From Takakia lepidozioides (Eukaryota > Plantae > Bryophyta): a stretch of 64,000 nt of DNA. The position numbers were made by a program, and so were the translations under genes. Under the pieces are notes generated by a model, which saw only the letters and a program-made list of their open reading frames with translations, did no database searches and was not told where the DNA came from. The stretch covers positions 26,164,001 to 26,228,000 of the forward strand of contig CM060731.1 of the NCBI GenBank assembly GCA_030704615.1. The letters are read 5' to 3'. Positions 26,024-39,427 of this stretch are shown here, piece by piece; position 1 is the stretch's first letter; the number at the start of each line of letters is the position of its first letter.

Positions 26024-29000
26024 GCAGTGTCCTCTACCAACTCATGCTAAAGTCTAAAAAGAGCACCCGGTCGCCGAGCTCTACATAGAAGTGGAAACGC
26101 GCTCGAGAGCCCGGCTATTTTCTCCAAGCAGTCGGCAAACTCCTCTTTCTGCGGACCTGGCTCCTCCCACATGGAAGGACGATCTAAGGCCCCCTTGGGC
26201 TTCTTTAGTTCTCTCTAGAGACAGTCACTTCCAAGTATTGCTATCCACTACCTCTATCATAGTGTTCACTCGCTCTTAAGCGCAATTCTTTTATCTCGAT
26301 CATTTCTACATCTGGAAGAAAGATTCGACAAGGTTCTAATTCTCCGGGAGATTCTGGTTCTCCATAAGGTTATTGTTCTCCGGTCTGCCAGCCCTGGAAA
26401 AGGGCAAAGAGAAGAGGTCCATGGTAACATCATCAAAGCTGGTATTGTACCAAATGTCATTCTAAACTACTCTAGCTTTACTACTTGTTGGATTATTGGT
26501 CGCCTTATAGCGGCCTTGGGGCCTTGAGGGTTTTATTTTTTCCCTCCAACAATTTTAATAAAGCTCTCAAGGGCTTCCGCCCCTTTAAAAAAAGAAAAAG
26601 AAAACTGATATCAGCCTGGTATGGTATATGACCAACTATTCTCCCCAATAATACCAGACTAGTCTGGTATCTAATACCAGTGCATATACCAGTATGTATA
26701 CCAATCCTTCACCTATATACCAATCCAACACTAGAATAAATATCCCTTCATAAAGCCTTTATCAGTTTCTCTCAATTACTTATAGTCTTATTATAAATTG
26801 ATATTTTTGATAACATATTCTACATATTCTTGTCGCAGTAATATTCAATTTAAAGCTTAAACTCAAATTTATATATTTTTTCTATCTTGTGTTGATTACA
26901 TTTAAATATTATTGGGTGAAAGATGTTTTGTTATTGTTTTCAATGAGGAGTTGATCTCAAACGGGGCTTGTTGACCAAACCACTCATGTGGGTTGGTGCA
27001 TTAAGTTCACATCCACATTTCTCCCACTTGCAACAACCTCAGGTTTTATTAATTTTATCTATTTTATTTTACTAAATTTTTGACGGAAGGCCGCCGAAAG
27101 GGCCATGACTTTATGGAGAAAGAGACGAGGACAATGATTCTTTTGATTGGAAACATACTATTCATTGTTTGATGCAGCTACCTCTATCTATGCCCAAGGA
27201 GCGAGGGGGAGTTGAACCCCCTTTTCTGTTTTAGCATTTGTTTCGTCTCGATCGGAAGTCGGTTGTTCATATCTTTTCCGTTGCTCATCTTTTAGTTTCT
27301 CATCATTTAGTTTTCTTGTCTTGATTAAAAAAATGATCACCTTGCTAAAAAATGATTGTCTTTATATTGATATTTGTTTTCAGTGTTTTACATAGTTTAT
27401 ATCTCCCTTGGCAGATTGTCTGCAACTGAGGAGTGCCCCATAGAACTCCCAATTTTAATGGGCTATTACTTGGCAGCCCCTGGGCATTGCGGCCTGGGGC
27501 TTGAGGACCTCCAATTGGCACCTGTAAGAACCAATCAAAACTATCTCACTAACACCATAGGAAAAAGGGTTCAATCTGGAATTCTTTTGATTGAAAGATG
27601 CATTGTAAGTAGTTAGGTATGTGTCACCCGTGCATTTCTTGTATGTATTCTACAATGCAGATGAAACAGAACAAACTCCCTAACTTATACATGCTTTTGG
27701 TGCTGTCATGACCATGGGACTAGAACCAGACCTCTACCAGACCTCTCGAGATTTTGAAAAGGCATGTTTGAAAGGCAGTAGCAAGCCTGTATGGACACCT
27801 GCCAATCTGTTATGTGTACAGTATGGGTGACTGAGAAATGCCTTAGTCCAACTCTACTTCAGTATTTTGCAATTGCATGTAAGACGCCTGTAAAACATTT
27901 GTATCAAGGTAAGGTAGCAAACAGTTGGGTACTCAGCCAAGTAATCTAAACATAGTTTCTGGCAGATAGTCTGATCATGATGTACCTGAAATTCACATCT
28001 GGCGCAATTCCAGCTTTGATAATCTCAACATGGACCTGTTTGCCCTGCTCCAGGGCTGTTAGGCTGGCACATGCACTGAGAACGCACATGAGAGTGACCT
28101 TGCTGGGCATCACCCCTTCTCGTATCATTTGCTGATAGAAGTTTGAAGCCTCCATACCGGGCCCATACTGAGCATATCCTGCAATCATCGCACTTCATAA
28201 GGCCGCATCTTTTTAGGCATATTATCAAACACTTCACCCCGCATCTTCCATGTTCCCACATTTGGTATACATGGTAGAAAGGGCAGGTCTGGAGATTACA
28301 TCTGGTCTAATGCCAGCTTTGATGATCCCATCGTGGGACCTTTTGCCTTTGTAGGCCTCCCAGGATGCAACACACCTTAACTATGCAAATGAGCGTGACA
28401 GTGTCTGGCGTCACACCTGCCGCTCTCATTTGCTTATAGATCTCAAAGGCCTCCTTCTTAGACCCATCCTTGGCATATCCTGTCACAATATATTCACATG
28501 AACACATGTCATTCAGGCATCTTGTGAAACACCAGGCGTGCATTCACCACACTACCGCCCCTTGACATAAATGTTGAGAATGTTATGGAGCAAACAGATG
28601 TTCGGCTTGAATCCACTTCTAATGATGTGGGCGTGGAGTTGCTTTCCCTCTGCCAAGCCTTTCATCAAGTCCATGGAGAGCAGGGTAACAAAACACACTG
28701 GCCCGGATTCTGGACCGAACAAGGTTAGGTCCATACCTTTCCATCACTGCCCTGCCCCTTGAAATTGTCGTACTTGTACTGAAGCTGCTTTTGGACACTG
28801 GCTGGAACATCCTGGTTGTGGAGAGACTTGTGGAAGGATATGGCTCAAGGTCTCCAAAGCCTCCATCCTGCACCCTTGCTGTGCATATCTTGCAATCATC
28901 GCACTGCCACGACACCACATCTCGTTCAGCCATACTGTCAAAACACTCCCTTCATACATGTCCACAAGGGTATTGTTCAGAATGACATTTGGTACAATTG

Positions 29001-32000
29001 CAGCTCTGACAATGTCGCCATGGACCTCTTTGCCCTTTTCCAGAGCTGCCAAGGTTGCACACGCATTGCAAATGCACACAAACGTCATGTGGTCGGGCTG
29101 CACCCCTTCCCCCATCATTTGATCATAGGTCTCCAAAGCCTCCATACCACTTCCATACCACGTCCCTGCTGTTCATACCGGTGGACCGATATATAGGTCC
29201 GACCCGCAATTCCAGCTTTGATGTCACCATGCACCTCTTTGCGCTTGTCCAGCGCTGCCAGGCTTGCACACGCACTGCAAATGTGATGTGGTCGGGCTTC
29301 ACCCCTTCCCCCATCATTTGTTCATAGGTCTCCAAAGCCTCCATCCCGTGCCCCTGCTGTGCATACCCTGCAAGCATTGAGCTCCATGACACCACATCTT
29401 GTTCCGCCATAGTCTTGAAAACTCCCTTCGCATCCTTAATGCACCCACATTCGGCATACATGTCCACCAGGGCAGTGTTCAAGATGACATCTGGTACAAT
29501 TCCAGCTTTGACGACGTCGCCATGGACCTCTTTCCCCTTTCCAGAGCTCCCAGGCTTGCACACGCATTGCAAACACAAACAAATGTGATGTGGTTGGGCT
29601 TCACCCCTTTGCACATCATTTGCTTATAGGTCTGCAAAGCCTCCATCCCGCACCCTTGCTGTGCATATCCTGCAATCATCGCACTCCACAACACCACATC
29701 TCGTTCAGCATATGTCGAACACTCCCTTGGCATCCTCGATGCACCCACATTTGACATACATGTCCACCAGGGCAGTGTTCAGCATGACACCGGGTACAAT
29801 TCCAGATTTGACGATGCAACCATGGACTCTTTGCACTTTTCCAGGGCTGCCAGGCTTGCACACGCACTGCAAACGCACACAAACATGATGTGGTCGAGCT
29901 TCACCCCTTCCCCCATCATTTGCTCGTAGGTCTCCAAAGCCCCATCCCGCGCCCCTGCTGTGCACACCCTGCAAGCATCACGTTCCACGACACCATATCT
30001 CGTTCAGCCATAGGTTGAACACTCCCTCGGCATCCTCAATGCTCCCACATTTGGCATACATGTCCACCAGAGCAGTGTTCAGGATGACATCTGGTACAAT
30101 TGCAGATTTGATGACCATGGATCTCTTTGCCCTTTTCCAGGGCTGCCAGACGCACTGCAAACGCACACAAACGTTATGTGGGCGGGCTTCACCCCTTCCC
30201 CCATCATTTGCTCATAGGTCTCCAAAGCCTCCATCCCGCACCCCTGCTGTGAATACCCTGCAAGCATCGCACTCCACGACACCACATCTCGCTCAGCCAT
30301 AGTGTTCAGAATGACAGGCTTTCACCTTTTTGCCTCGGTTGTCCCACCATTGACTGGGTCAGAAAAGTATTCATTCCACAGCTTCTCCTCATCTCTGTTA
30401 CCTCTTTTAGGATACTTTCCTGTTGTCAGTTGGGAGTATCATGTCAAAGTCACTCCAAACTATCAAAGATTCACTCAACCAGCTAACTTGCAGAATTCAA
30501 CATGGAAATTTAGGGCCGATTGATAAGAGGGAAAAACAGGGTGAAATGTGTTGAAGAAGGTGCCTTCAATAGCAACGCCTGATTTTATCAATTGTGCCGC
30601 TGCTGCTGCGGCTTCCAGTTGACCATCTACCCATGCAGGTTTCTTGTAGGTAATCATAGGTAATCTTGTGCTTGAAATATGGCCCTCTTGGATGAATCTG
30701 GACCCACACTCTATCCCTGCTCCTTCAGCTATCCATGCCCTCTGCACAAATCATGCATACATCCATGCCTTGCTGCTAGCAGCTGACAGCCTAGAATTGT
30801 TCCAGCAAACACCCCAACCCTACTTATCACATTAGTTCCTATATTTCTTGTAGCTATTGATCCACAGGGAATCATCGGTAATCTTGTGCTTGAAATCTGG
30901 CATCCAAGAGCTAAGGTTGACCTGTAATTACAGACCAGAGGTGGTAGAGGCTGACCTGTAAGCCAAGTAGCCTGATTGGTCTTGGTTGTCCAGGATTGAT
31001 GCAGTCAGGCCCAGCTGGCTCCACAAATGCCTTATTGGCAAGCCCATACCATATTGGATCTGGATGCTGCAACACGTCACCTTCTGGAGGTGAGAAAACT
31101 ACCCAAAATGACAATTCTTTCTGAACTTATGCATTGTAGGTGATGCCGAGTCATTTCCTGAACCCAAATTGACGGAAACCCTATCCCTAAGCATTCTTTC
31201 TCTACATCAAAATGGGAGTCTTGAAATGTTGATAGCTCAAGTATGTGGGCTGAACTGAAAGGAAGATTGACATGAGGATTTCTCATTCAAAAGAGAAAGA
31301 AAGAAGTTCATAATGCTGAACTGAAGGAGGATTGACATGAGGATCCGACATAGAGAGAGAGAAAGAGAGAGAGAATGTACTCATAAGACTTTGTTTGCCG
31401 ACCTTGTGGCCATAAACTCTTCAGCATGAGATCTTCCTGAATTCAAAAAGAGAAAAAGAGACGTTCATAACGCTCATGGCTTGGTTGAAATTGGCGCCCT
31501 GCCGAACTGCAAAAACGACTCCCGGCTGAGAAATTCTGGGGATGGCCTTTTCTCCCTGTGCCGCTTGCGAGGGCGCATCATTCGCAAACTTCGAACCTTT
31601 ACCACTCTTCCTCTTGGGAGCCATTCTCCTAGATTACGAGTAACTGCATCTATCTAAGAAAATATCATACTCTCTCAGGCATTCTCAATCTGAACACCTA
31701 AAGCTGGATAGACTCTTTCAGGCGTTCTCAATCTGGCCACCTAAATCTGGATAGAGCATCGACCTGGACGGATCCCCGCAGACCTCTCTTAATACTGCCT
31801 GCTCCAGCGACAGAGAAATCAGACAGCTCGATAACTCATTTTTGTCGCTAAACTAGCTTCCGACATGACGTGATCTGCGGAGCGTTTACAGGAAAACCGA
31901 AGCCGATCGAATGAGGGAAAAGCCACGGTTTGCATTGAGCAGCGAACTGTTGTTGAGAGCTTACGGCTTGCAAGGTGAACTATGGCGGAAAACGCAGAGC

Positions 32001-32689
32001 TTCTGCAGTTCAAGAACTTCAAGAACCAGGCAGTCCGGGCACGCTCCGAAATGTTTTGGCGCTTTGGGGTTTTTCGGGCGGGCAGTCTAGGCAGGATAGA
32101 AAAAACATTGACGACGAAACGTGGCTACGAAGTGGCGACGATGATGTGGCGACGAAAACGTGACATTATGGCACCCTATATCCGCTCTACATTAAACTAG
32201 CTTCCAACCTTCATAGCTAAGACTAGGGCTTCGCGTTGCTCCGCACTACTAGCCACGAATTATGAGAACAACGTTCAATTTTCACAAAATAAGGTGGGTT
32301 TCCAAATTTCATTGTTTTATGTAGCTACCTCTATCTATGCCCTAGAAGTGAGGTAGAGGTGAACCCCCTCTTCTGTATTTTCCCCTTCGTTAAGCATTTG
32401 TTTCATCATGACCGAAATCCAGTTGTTTATCCGTTGCTCATCATTTTTTTATTTTTTTATATAAAGGGAAACACGGAGCGACAGCTCACAAATCAGGCCC
32501 CTTGATAATGATAGGAGAAAATAACCTCTTTCATAGTAACCCCGCCATAAAGGGGTAAAAATGGGACACCGCCCAATGGAAGAGTATACCACACCCCTCA
32601 AGTAGCATGTTTTGCCCCATAATCATCTAGGTGGCACTCAATTTACTAACCAACTTTGGTACTGACTGTTGGCCATCCTTTTTTTTTTT
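26024..32689 (-). repeat. Right arm of 6.6 kb inverted duplication
   Basis: Reverse complement of 10206-16799. It differs by scattered 1-nt indels, a few substitutions and an extra ~75-bp PPR-derived segment at about 26387-26462. Confidence 0.97.
27985..30305 (-). pseudogene. PLS-class PPR pseudogene (inverted copy of 12590-14920)
   Basis: Mirror-image ORFs that share most frameshifts with the left copy. Confidence 0.9.
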
Positions 32690-33136
32690 GTTCACAACTA
32701 TGTGGATGCGTCCCAGACTCTGAAAAAGACTGGAGGAATTCCATGGAGAGGTGCCTGGGAGAAGTCGCCCGCGTTCATGCAGACCTTCATTGAGACATGC
32801 AGCCGGCATGGTGGCAAAGTGGTTGACCTCTCCATAGGCACAGGTGCATGCCAAAACTCTTCTTTATTCTTCGTTGCACATGTTCCTCTCCTGTTTTGGC
32901 TTCTGACATGGTTTCGTGCTTTCATTCGCTATCCTACAGGGGCTTCGTTCCATGCCTGCAAGTGTGCAGGAAGACATCTTTTGGGGTTTGAGGGGGACAA
33001 TGAGCTTCACTCTCGAGTCATCGCTCCACTCTCTGAGGGATCCTCGCATTCGACCCAGACTGAGAAGATTGTTGAGGAGGAGGATCTGCAAGAGCCGGAT
33101 GCTCTGGATGTGGATTCGGATTTTTCATGTGAATAA
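32690..33136 (+). pseudogene. C-terminal half of a beta-class N4-cytosine/N6-adenine DNA methyltransferase-like gene (5'-truncated), intron 32844-32939
   Basis: Removing a 96-nt GT-AG intron gives PWRGAWEKSPAFMQTFIETCSRHGGKVVDLSIGTG/ASFHACKCAGRHLLGFEGDNEL. This matches the N6_N4_Mtase pattern EKP..L...I...S..GD.VLDPF.GSG....A....GR..IG.E.D (motifs X, I, II). Confidence 0.75.
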
Positions 33137-34649
33137 GTGCATGTTCTTTTGTGGCAACTCATAGACCCCATGACGGATCCTTTTGGTGCTCCTTTGTTTG
33201 GCTGCAGTTTGGCTTCCAGAGTATTTACCAATTTTACTCATTACTGTGTGGTTGCAGGAGTCCTATGACGCCACGGTTTCTGCCCTTCTTTGCCAACCCG
33301 GATTTTTTTCCAAGTCCTCCAGCACAATTTCATTTGCCAGCTTATGCGGAGGCTGCGGCTAAGGAGTATAGTCTGTTGGCATCTCCACCTTCTCTGCTAC
33401 ATGAAAAACATGGTTTTCAGCAGAGTAGGGCTAGCATCTTTGTGGACAGTTCTGCCTTCGTCCTGAACAGTGCGTCCGGTAGCACTGGATCTTCTTTGTC
33501 CGAATGAATCGATTCTTTTGAAGGTTTGTTTGAAAACCAAGAGTTTACCTGTTTGCCTTCTTCATGATTGGATGTGATCCTCTCTATCAACGTTGTATAA
33601 CTGGGAAAATGACATGTGGTCCTTCTCAATCAACAAAGCAATGTGGACTCAAAGTTTGCAATATACACTACACCCGGCATAATTGATTTTCAAGCAAGTC
33701 AAGTATGGTTTCATGCATCTCCGAGCTTTTGGGAGCTACCACTACAAACAACTATCTAATCTTTCATTTATGTCATTCATCCACCTCTCATTCGTTACAC
33801 AGAAATTCATCCAACATTCATCCCTCATTCATCCAAGCAGCATCCATATCCGACCTTCCGATACTGGCCACTCTGCGCAGTAATAGGTCTTCTAAGTCGA
33901 CTGGACGTCCGCGGTTATAGGTAGGCAGGTCCTCAAGCGTGAGCAGATTTCTGTTCACGCAATTTTCTGCTCGCGGGATCTGCTCACACAATAGCATCCC
34001 CCTGTTAAGACCTCTCACTTCGAAGAACAACGCTTCGAACAGACTAGTAGATGTGACTGTGAAGAACACTGCTCTAACAACAGCTTTTGTGGGAACATCG
34101 ACCTCAATGGCGAGGTTACCGACCGACTCCATCGGAGAAGTGACGAGTCCCCAGCAAACAACACAGAAGGCTCACAAGCAGGTATGACTTTATTCTTATA
34201 TTTATAATCAGTATTCCTTGCTTTGTTTTGAGTTTTCTAATTAGGTTGCACTCTATAGCTTTTTTTACAACTTAACCCATTGAATTCTAGGATTCATTGA
34301 AAGGGTGCGTATGCACAATTGGAACGACAAGACTTTATTTGAAACACTAGCAAATGCTTTATGTTATGGCAAATGTTATGTTATGTTAAGGCAAATGTTA
34401 TGGAATATGTGGTTAATATGGTAAGTATGGCCATGTAGCCACAGGGAGTAAGTCCTAGGATTGCGAACGCTCGTATGAACACATTTTTCAGTGATATCCT
34501 TCGTTTTTACCGCTGGGATGCAACTCCGGGTTTTATCGAGGATGGTAGATTGCCTCGACATTAGTGTCGAGGTGAAGTTTTATATGTTCGACTGACACCT
34601 TATTTTCTGCTGAATCAATCCCTTACTCTATTCTTCTATTCATCCACAG

Positions 34650-35379
34650 ATTCGACCACCAGCTACGTCTTTATCTATGGATAGTGGTAAATCTCGTTTG
34701 ATATATTTTGATCTGAACGGTGTTCTCTGCAAAATCATCCGGTCTCAAGGATCTAATAATCCTGTGCCTAAATACTCCGAGAACGACTTCAACGTTCCTA
34801 TTGTGGTCATTAGAAGGCAAATTTTTAGGCGGGAGAAATATCGAGAGATGTGGAAGCATTTACATGAGTGATTCCACCTAGCTATTTGGAGCTGCATGGA
34901 GCTAAGGAACCTCAAGCCCGTCCTTGATATCTTGTTGGAGGGGTTACCACAACCAGACTTCATTATGTCGCAGGAGGATTCTTTCGTGTCCTAGCAAAGT
35001 CCATCCAAACTATAACGATAGATTAAAAAACTCCCCGAACGTGTTTCTGAAGCCATTTGCGGGGCTATGGGTGAAGTCGAGAGGAAAGTTTGATGACAGA
35101 AATACGCTTCTGATTGATGATACTCCTCTGAAATGTCTACTCAATCCTGTAGGGTCATGCTTATTCTTGAAGACATTTGAGTCAATTGAGACCGACAACA
35201 GCTACTTGTTGGTGCTTCAAAAGTTTCTTGATGGGATGCTGGAGAGTCCATTATATGTCCCAGACTATGTTGTTAAGAACCGGATTGGGGTTGGACCCGA
35301 GAGCCTTTCTGACCCTAAATATGACAGTCTTAGTTTTTTTCTAAAGAGCTCTCGCAACGATTATCTTATTTGTGAATGA
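34650..35379 (+). pseudogene. FCP1/NIF-like HAD phosphatase domain 1 (one stop, one frameshift)
   Basis: RLIYFDLNGVLC...FHLAIWSCM...PDFIMSQED...VFLKPF...W...FDDRNTLLIDDTPLKCLLNP: HAD motif I variant DLNG plus the WS, K and DD motifs. Confidence 0.75.
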
Positions 35380-36940
35380 TTGGATATACAATTTGGGGTT
35401 CTAGAACCCCATATAAAATAAATGTACATATTCATTTTGTGCAAATTTTGAGTAAACGTTCAATCTAGCATGTTTTGCAGGCTTACATCGTTGTTGTTCC
35501 GTATGAATGCAAAGATTGTAAATAGCTAAAAACTTTTAAGTGTTTTATCGTTTGATGACGTTGCTTCATCATAGAACCTATGTTGTCCACTAAGTGTACT
35601 TTTCACTAACTTCGACAGTAATGTCGAGGATGTATCGAGGTTGAGTCTCATTTGATCATGTCTTGTCTATTACAAGTTTCAAAGTCTGTACAAAATGTTC
35701 AAGAACACCGTGTTATTGAATGTGACAATGGAGTTTCCACAAGACTTGAGTCTATTAGATCTCAGTTGGAGGATTTTAGCGAAAACAAGGTTATCACTCA
35801 ACAGAGGGACAGTCAACCATTAGAGATCTCTCTTGCTGTGGTGGAACGTTGTCTTGAAGAGGTTAACAAGCTTGATGATGGGCAACATCATCAATCCATT
35901 GAACACAACTTCAGTCGAATTACAACTCATTCAGGTATTGACGATGTACAACAAGTGGACGACTTGCCCCGGAGGAAAATCCCAACGTTTACCCCACAAC
36001 ATCATGGATGGACACATGGACACTTGAGGAGGAACAAGGTGAATTATTGCATATACTTTTTTTGTTTTGTCTTCCTCATTCAGTCTTTTCTTTTTTCTGA
36101 TGATTTTGTTTTACTCCAGATAAGATTGGGTGAAGTAAAGCGACGTCTTCTCCTGCATTATAATCCAACGTAATCACAGTATTTGACGTTCAATTCAGGA
36201 TATGACGATATCAAGTCTGGATGTATCTCCAAATGGTCTCATGTCATCCCCTCGTGCACTCAACGTCCAAATCTTTGAAAGGAAAAAACAAGTGGATGAT
36301 TTATGTCGCACGTCTGGCCTGAAAACTTCGGAGTGTTCGAAGAAATCTCCATCCACTCGTAAGAGGCTTATGGTTTGCTCAGACGTGAAGATTGCGTCAG
36401 ATGTTTTACTGTCCCTTCAGAACTCCACCGACTCCCGCACTTGTTCTACAAAATTTCAGTCGAGAGGGTTGCAGAAGGTAACCGACTGATTCTTGTAATG
36501 TATCTGCATATCAATGTATATTCAATCGACCATGTGGACGATGCTCTCATTTGGTCCGCTGATGATTAACGATTGTAGATTCATTCTCTTCAGTTGGACA
36601 TAAGGAATTTATAATATTTGAATTTTCTTCCCACGACCAGATGACACCATCATCGTCATGGATTTAGTCTATGTCCACGTTGTGTAAGTGTATAGAATTT
36701 GTTCTGCAGAATCTCAATCAAGAGGGATTCAGAAGGTGTAGTAGCTGCATATCTTTCTTTAATGTTTGTCTGAAGCATTGTGATTCATTTATCCATTAGG
36801 TATATCCTCATAAAGACTATGTGGTGTCATGGAGATATTCAAATTGTCTTCGGTGAATCTTAAGGATTCATTTACCTCGAAATAAATGTCGAGGTTGCAT
36901 AGTGTTCTATCTGCACTAATCTCAATTACATTGGTTTCAG

Positions 36941-37703
36941 GAGAAACAAGGATGCCTCTACTCCGAAGAGGCGGATGAAGCTCATAATATTGAGTGTTAA
37001 TGGTCTCATTTGCTATCGACCATCTCCGACCGGAAGAGAGATGTTCAAAAACAGATTTTTAAGGAGAAATGTGACCATTAAGGTCCCCAATATTGCTCCT
37101 TTTGTCATTCCTCGGCCTGGAGTGGTGGAGTTCCTGAGGCGTCTTTTTGAAAACTTTCATGTCGCCATTTGGTCTTGCTCTGAAACAAACATTGTTCTTA
37201 AGATGCTACAATGTTTTGTGCCCATTGATATGATGAAGCTCTTCTGTTTTGTTTGGTCCAATGAGCATTGCAATGCGACAGCCGGCTATATTAAGCCTGG
37301 GATGAGATATCTCATTAAGGATATTCAAACCGTCCTTGCTAGTTTTCATGGAAAAACGTTTGCGAGGGAAGGGCAAATCCTTCTTGTATATGATGAACCA
37401 TCAAAATCACTCAGAAATCCTACAAATACTAGATATTTCCCTCTTACTTTTAATGGGTCAAAAAATAAGCTGTCTAATATAAATGATGCAGTGTGGCCAT
37501 TCATCTCAAACATGATAGGAGTATCCAGTGTTGTTGAGTATGTAAGTGAGAGCTTTGCAAAAGCATCTCGCGCAGCGATAGATCGGAATCACCCACTATG
37601 GTCTTGTTATGGGCAATATTTGGATCCTTCTATTTTCCATCCGTGGACAAGTCAGCCTGATTATCTTGGTATGTACTTCGCCATTCATGTCAAAGTTAAA
37701 TAA
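36941..37703 (+). CDS. FCP1/NIF-like HAD domain 2 (probably catalytically inactive), exon of a TE cargo gene
   Basis: 242-aa ORF KLIILSVNGLI...VIPRPGVVEFLRRLFENFHVAIWSCS...FVWSNEHC...LIKDI...ILLVYDEPSKSLRNP..T.YFP.TF, preceded by a tttcag acceptor. The motif I Asp is replaced by Ser. Confidence 0.75.
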
Positions 37704-39427
37704 ATATTGAATGGTAACATGCACTTTTTTTAGGTATGTATTGTTTTTTATTTTAGTTTCTCAATTAGCCAGTCGTTTTTTTATTGGGTTTGTGGGCTTC
37801 GATATTTTTCAGTGACTTACGAGTATGAGTTGAGGACTCTGGTTCTCAAAGAGAAAGCAAACATTCGTCAGAATGGTTCAAAATCGACATAGTTCAGGAT
37901 CGGACTGGTTCAAGATATAAATGGTTCAAGATCTTCAACTTCGTCAACCACACGTTTCAGTATCAATTCTGATGATCTATTTTACCATTCCGAGAATAGA
38001 TCATTCTCGTTTGGTGCATAAAGTCAAGCTGGGATCGGATGGGGCATAGGGAGGCGTCTTCGAACTCAGCCCCTGAATACAAGTCGTTACAATTTGACTT
38101 ACATGTCAAGGTCGCATGTAGTGAATATCATTGTGCATTCAATGACATTCAAAAATAAAAATGATCTATTCTCATCTGTGTCCAAGTTTGATTTGTCATT
38201 TCTATTGGATGATCTGAACTATGAATGAAGCTCTCCTGATTTTAATGTTTGTTTCCACTTTTTGTCAGTTTTGGACTTTAAGCTCTACATGATGTGGTTG
38301 AAGTATATATTCTTTCTTTATCTCTCTTCGTGAACATCGGCATTAGAGTCAAAGTTTTTTCATTTGTCCAACATCCGCGAACATTTCTAAAGTTGATCAA
38401 AGTATATATGACTAATTTGTAATGGCACTAACGTATTGTTAGTGGAATAAAAATTATTTTTTGGGTTTCATATATGATTTAGTTATTCACTTATTCTTAT
38501 TTCTAGACTCATCTCAAGTCCGGAATTAGTTAAAATTGAGTTTTTGTTGAAGGTTGACACATGGTGCATCTCATTGGAACTTTTTATAGGGGCAGGTTGG
38601 GAATGCCACAGAGCTATGTGAAATCATCATTAGTTTCAACCTGGTTATGTGGCTTTCGAAGGTGTTTCTACTACACAAGCATTCTTATTTTGTTGTTAGG
38701 CACTCTTAGCCTAACGGCCTTGCTTGATGTTCAATAATGTTGTTCTACTCAGTAAGATGCCTCGTGGATGCGAAATTACTTGTACTCTCCAGCCTTCTAT
38801 TCGCAAGCCCTTGTAAAACATTCACTAATGCATTGAGAACGACATAATGACAGAACATAGGATGCAGATAGTAGATACATGTTCACATAGTTGGTCCACA
38901 TCAGTTTGAGTGTGAATAATGTGGCATGATATACCCTTGGTAAATAGGGTATCCAGAAACACTCCCTCCACGCGCGCTACCTTCAAGCTCCTCTCCTATG
39001 TTACAACTCTTAACTGTCTCTCACTCTCAATCTCGATAGCCACTCTCACTCTCGATAGCTGGAGTGCATGACGTGTCTCTCTCTCTCGATCGATGGCTGC
39101 CCACCGCGCCACATTTCTCTCTCTCGCGGGCCCTTCCAGGACGAACAACATGCATTTGTCACATTCCTATGCGCCATGTACCATGCATGTCACTTCACTT
39201 GCTCCCATCACATCTATTTTTATGTTCTGTGCAGTACAACGATTTTGTAGTACATCAAATCCATGCCCTGCTCGAGCCCTCCATCGCTGTTAACCGCGCG
39301 CGCCGACGGTCGATTGTGACAATACCCATTGTTCTATGGGGTCATGGCCTCTAACAGCAGAGAAGGCATGCACGCCAGGCAGCCAGCGGACAGAGCTCGT
39401 AGGGGTACATATAACGTGATGCTGGGC

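Noticed and set aside
10206-32689. A giant foldback transposon with 6.6 kb TIRs
   Set aside because: There is no TSD, the arms start in an A/T run, and they consist of unrelated pseudogene and TE debris. Segmental inverted duplication is the simpler explanation.
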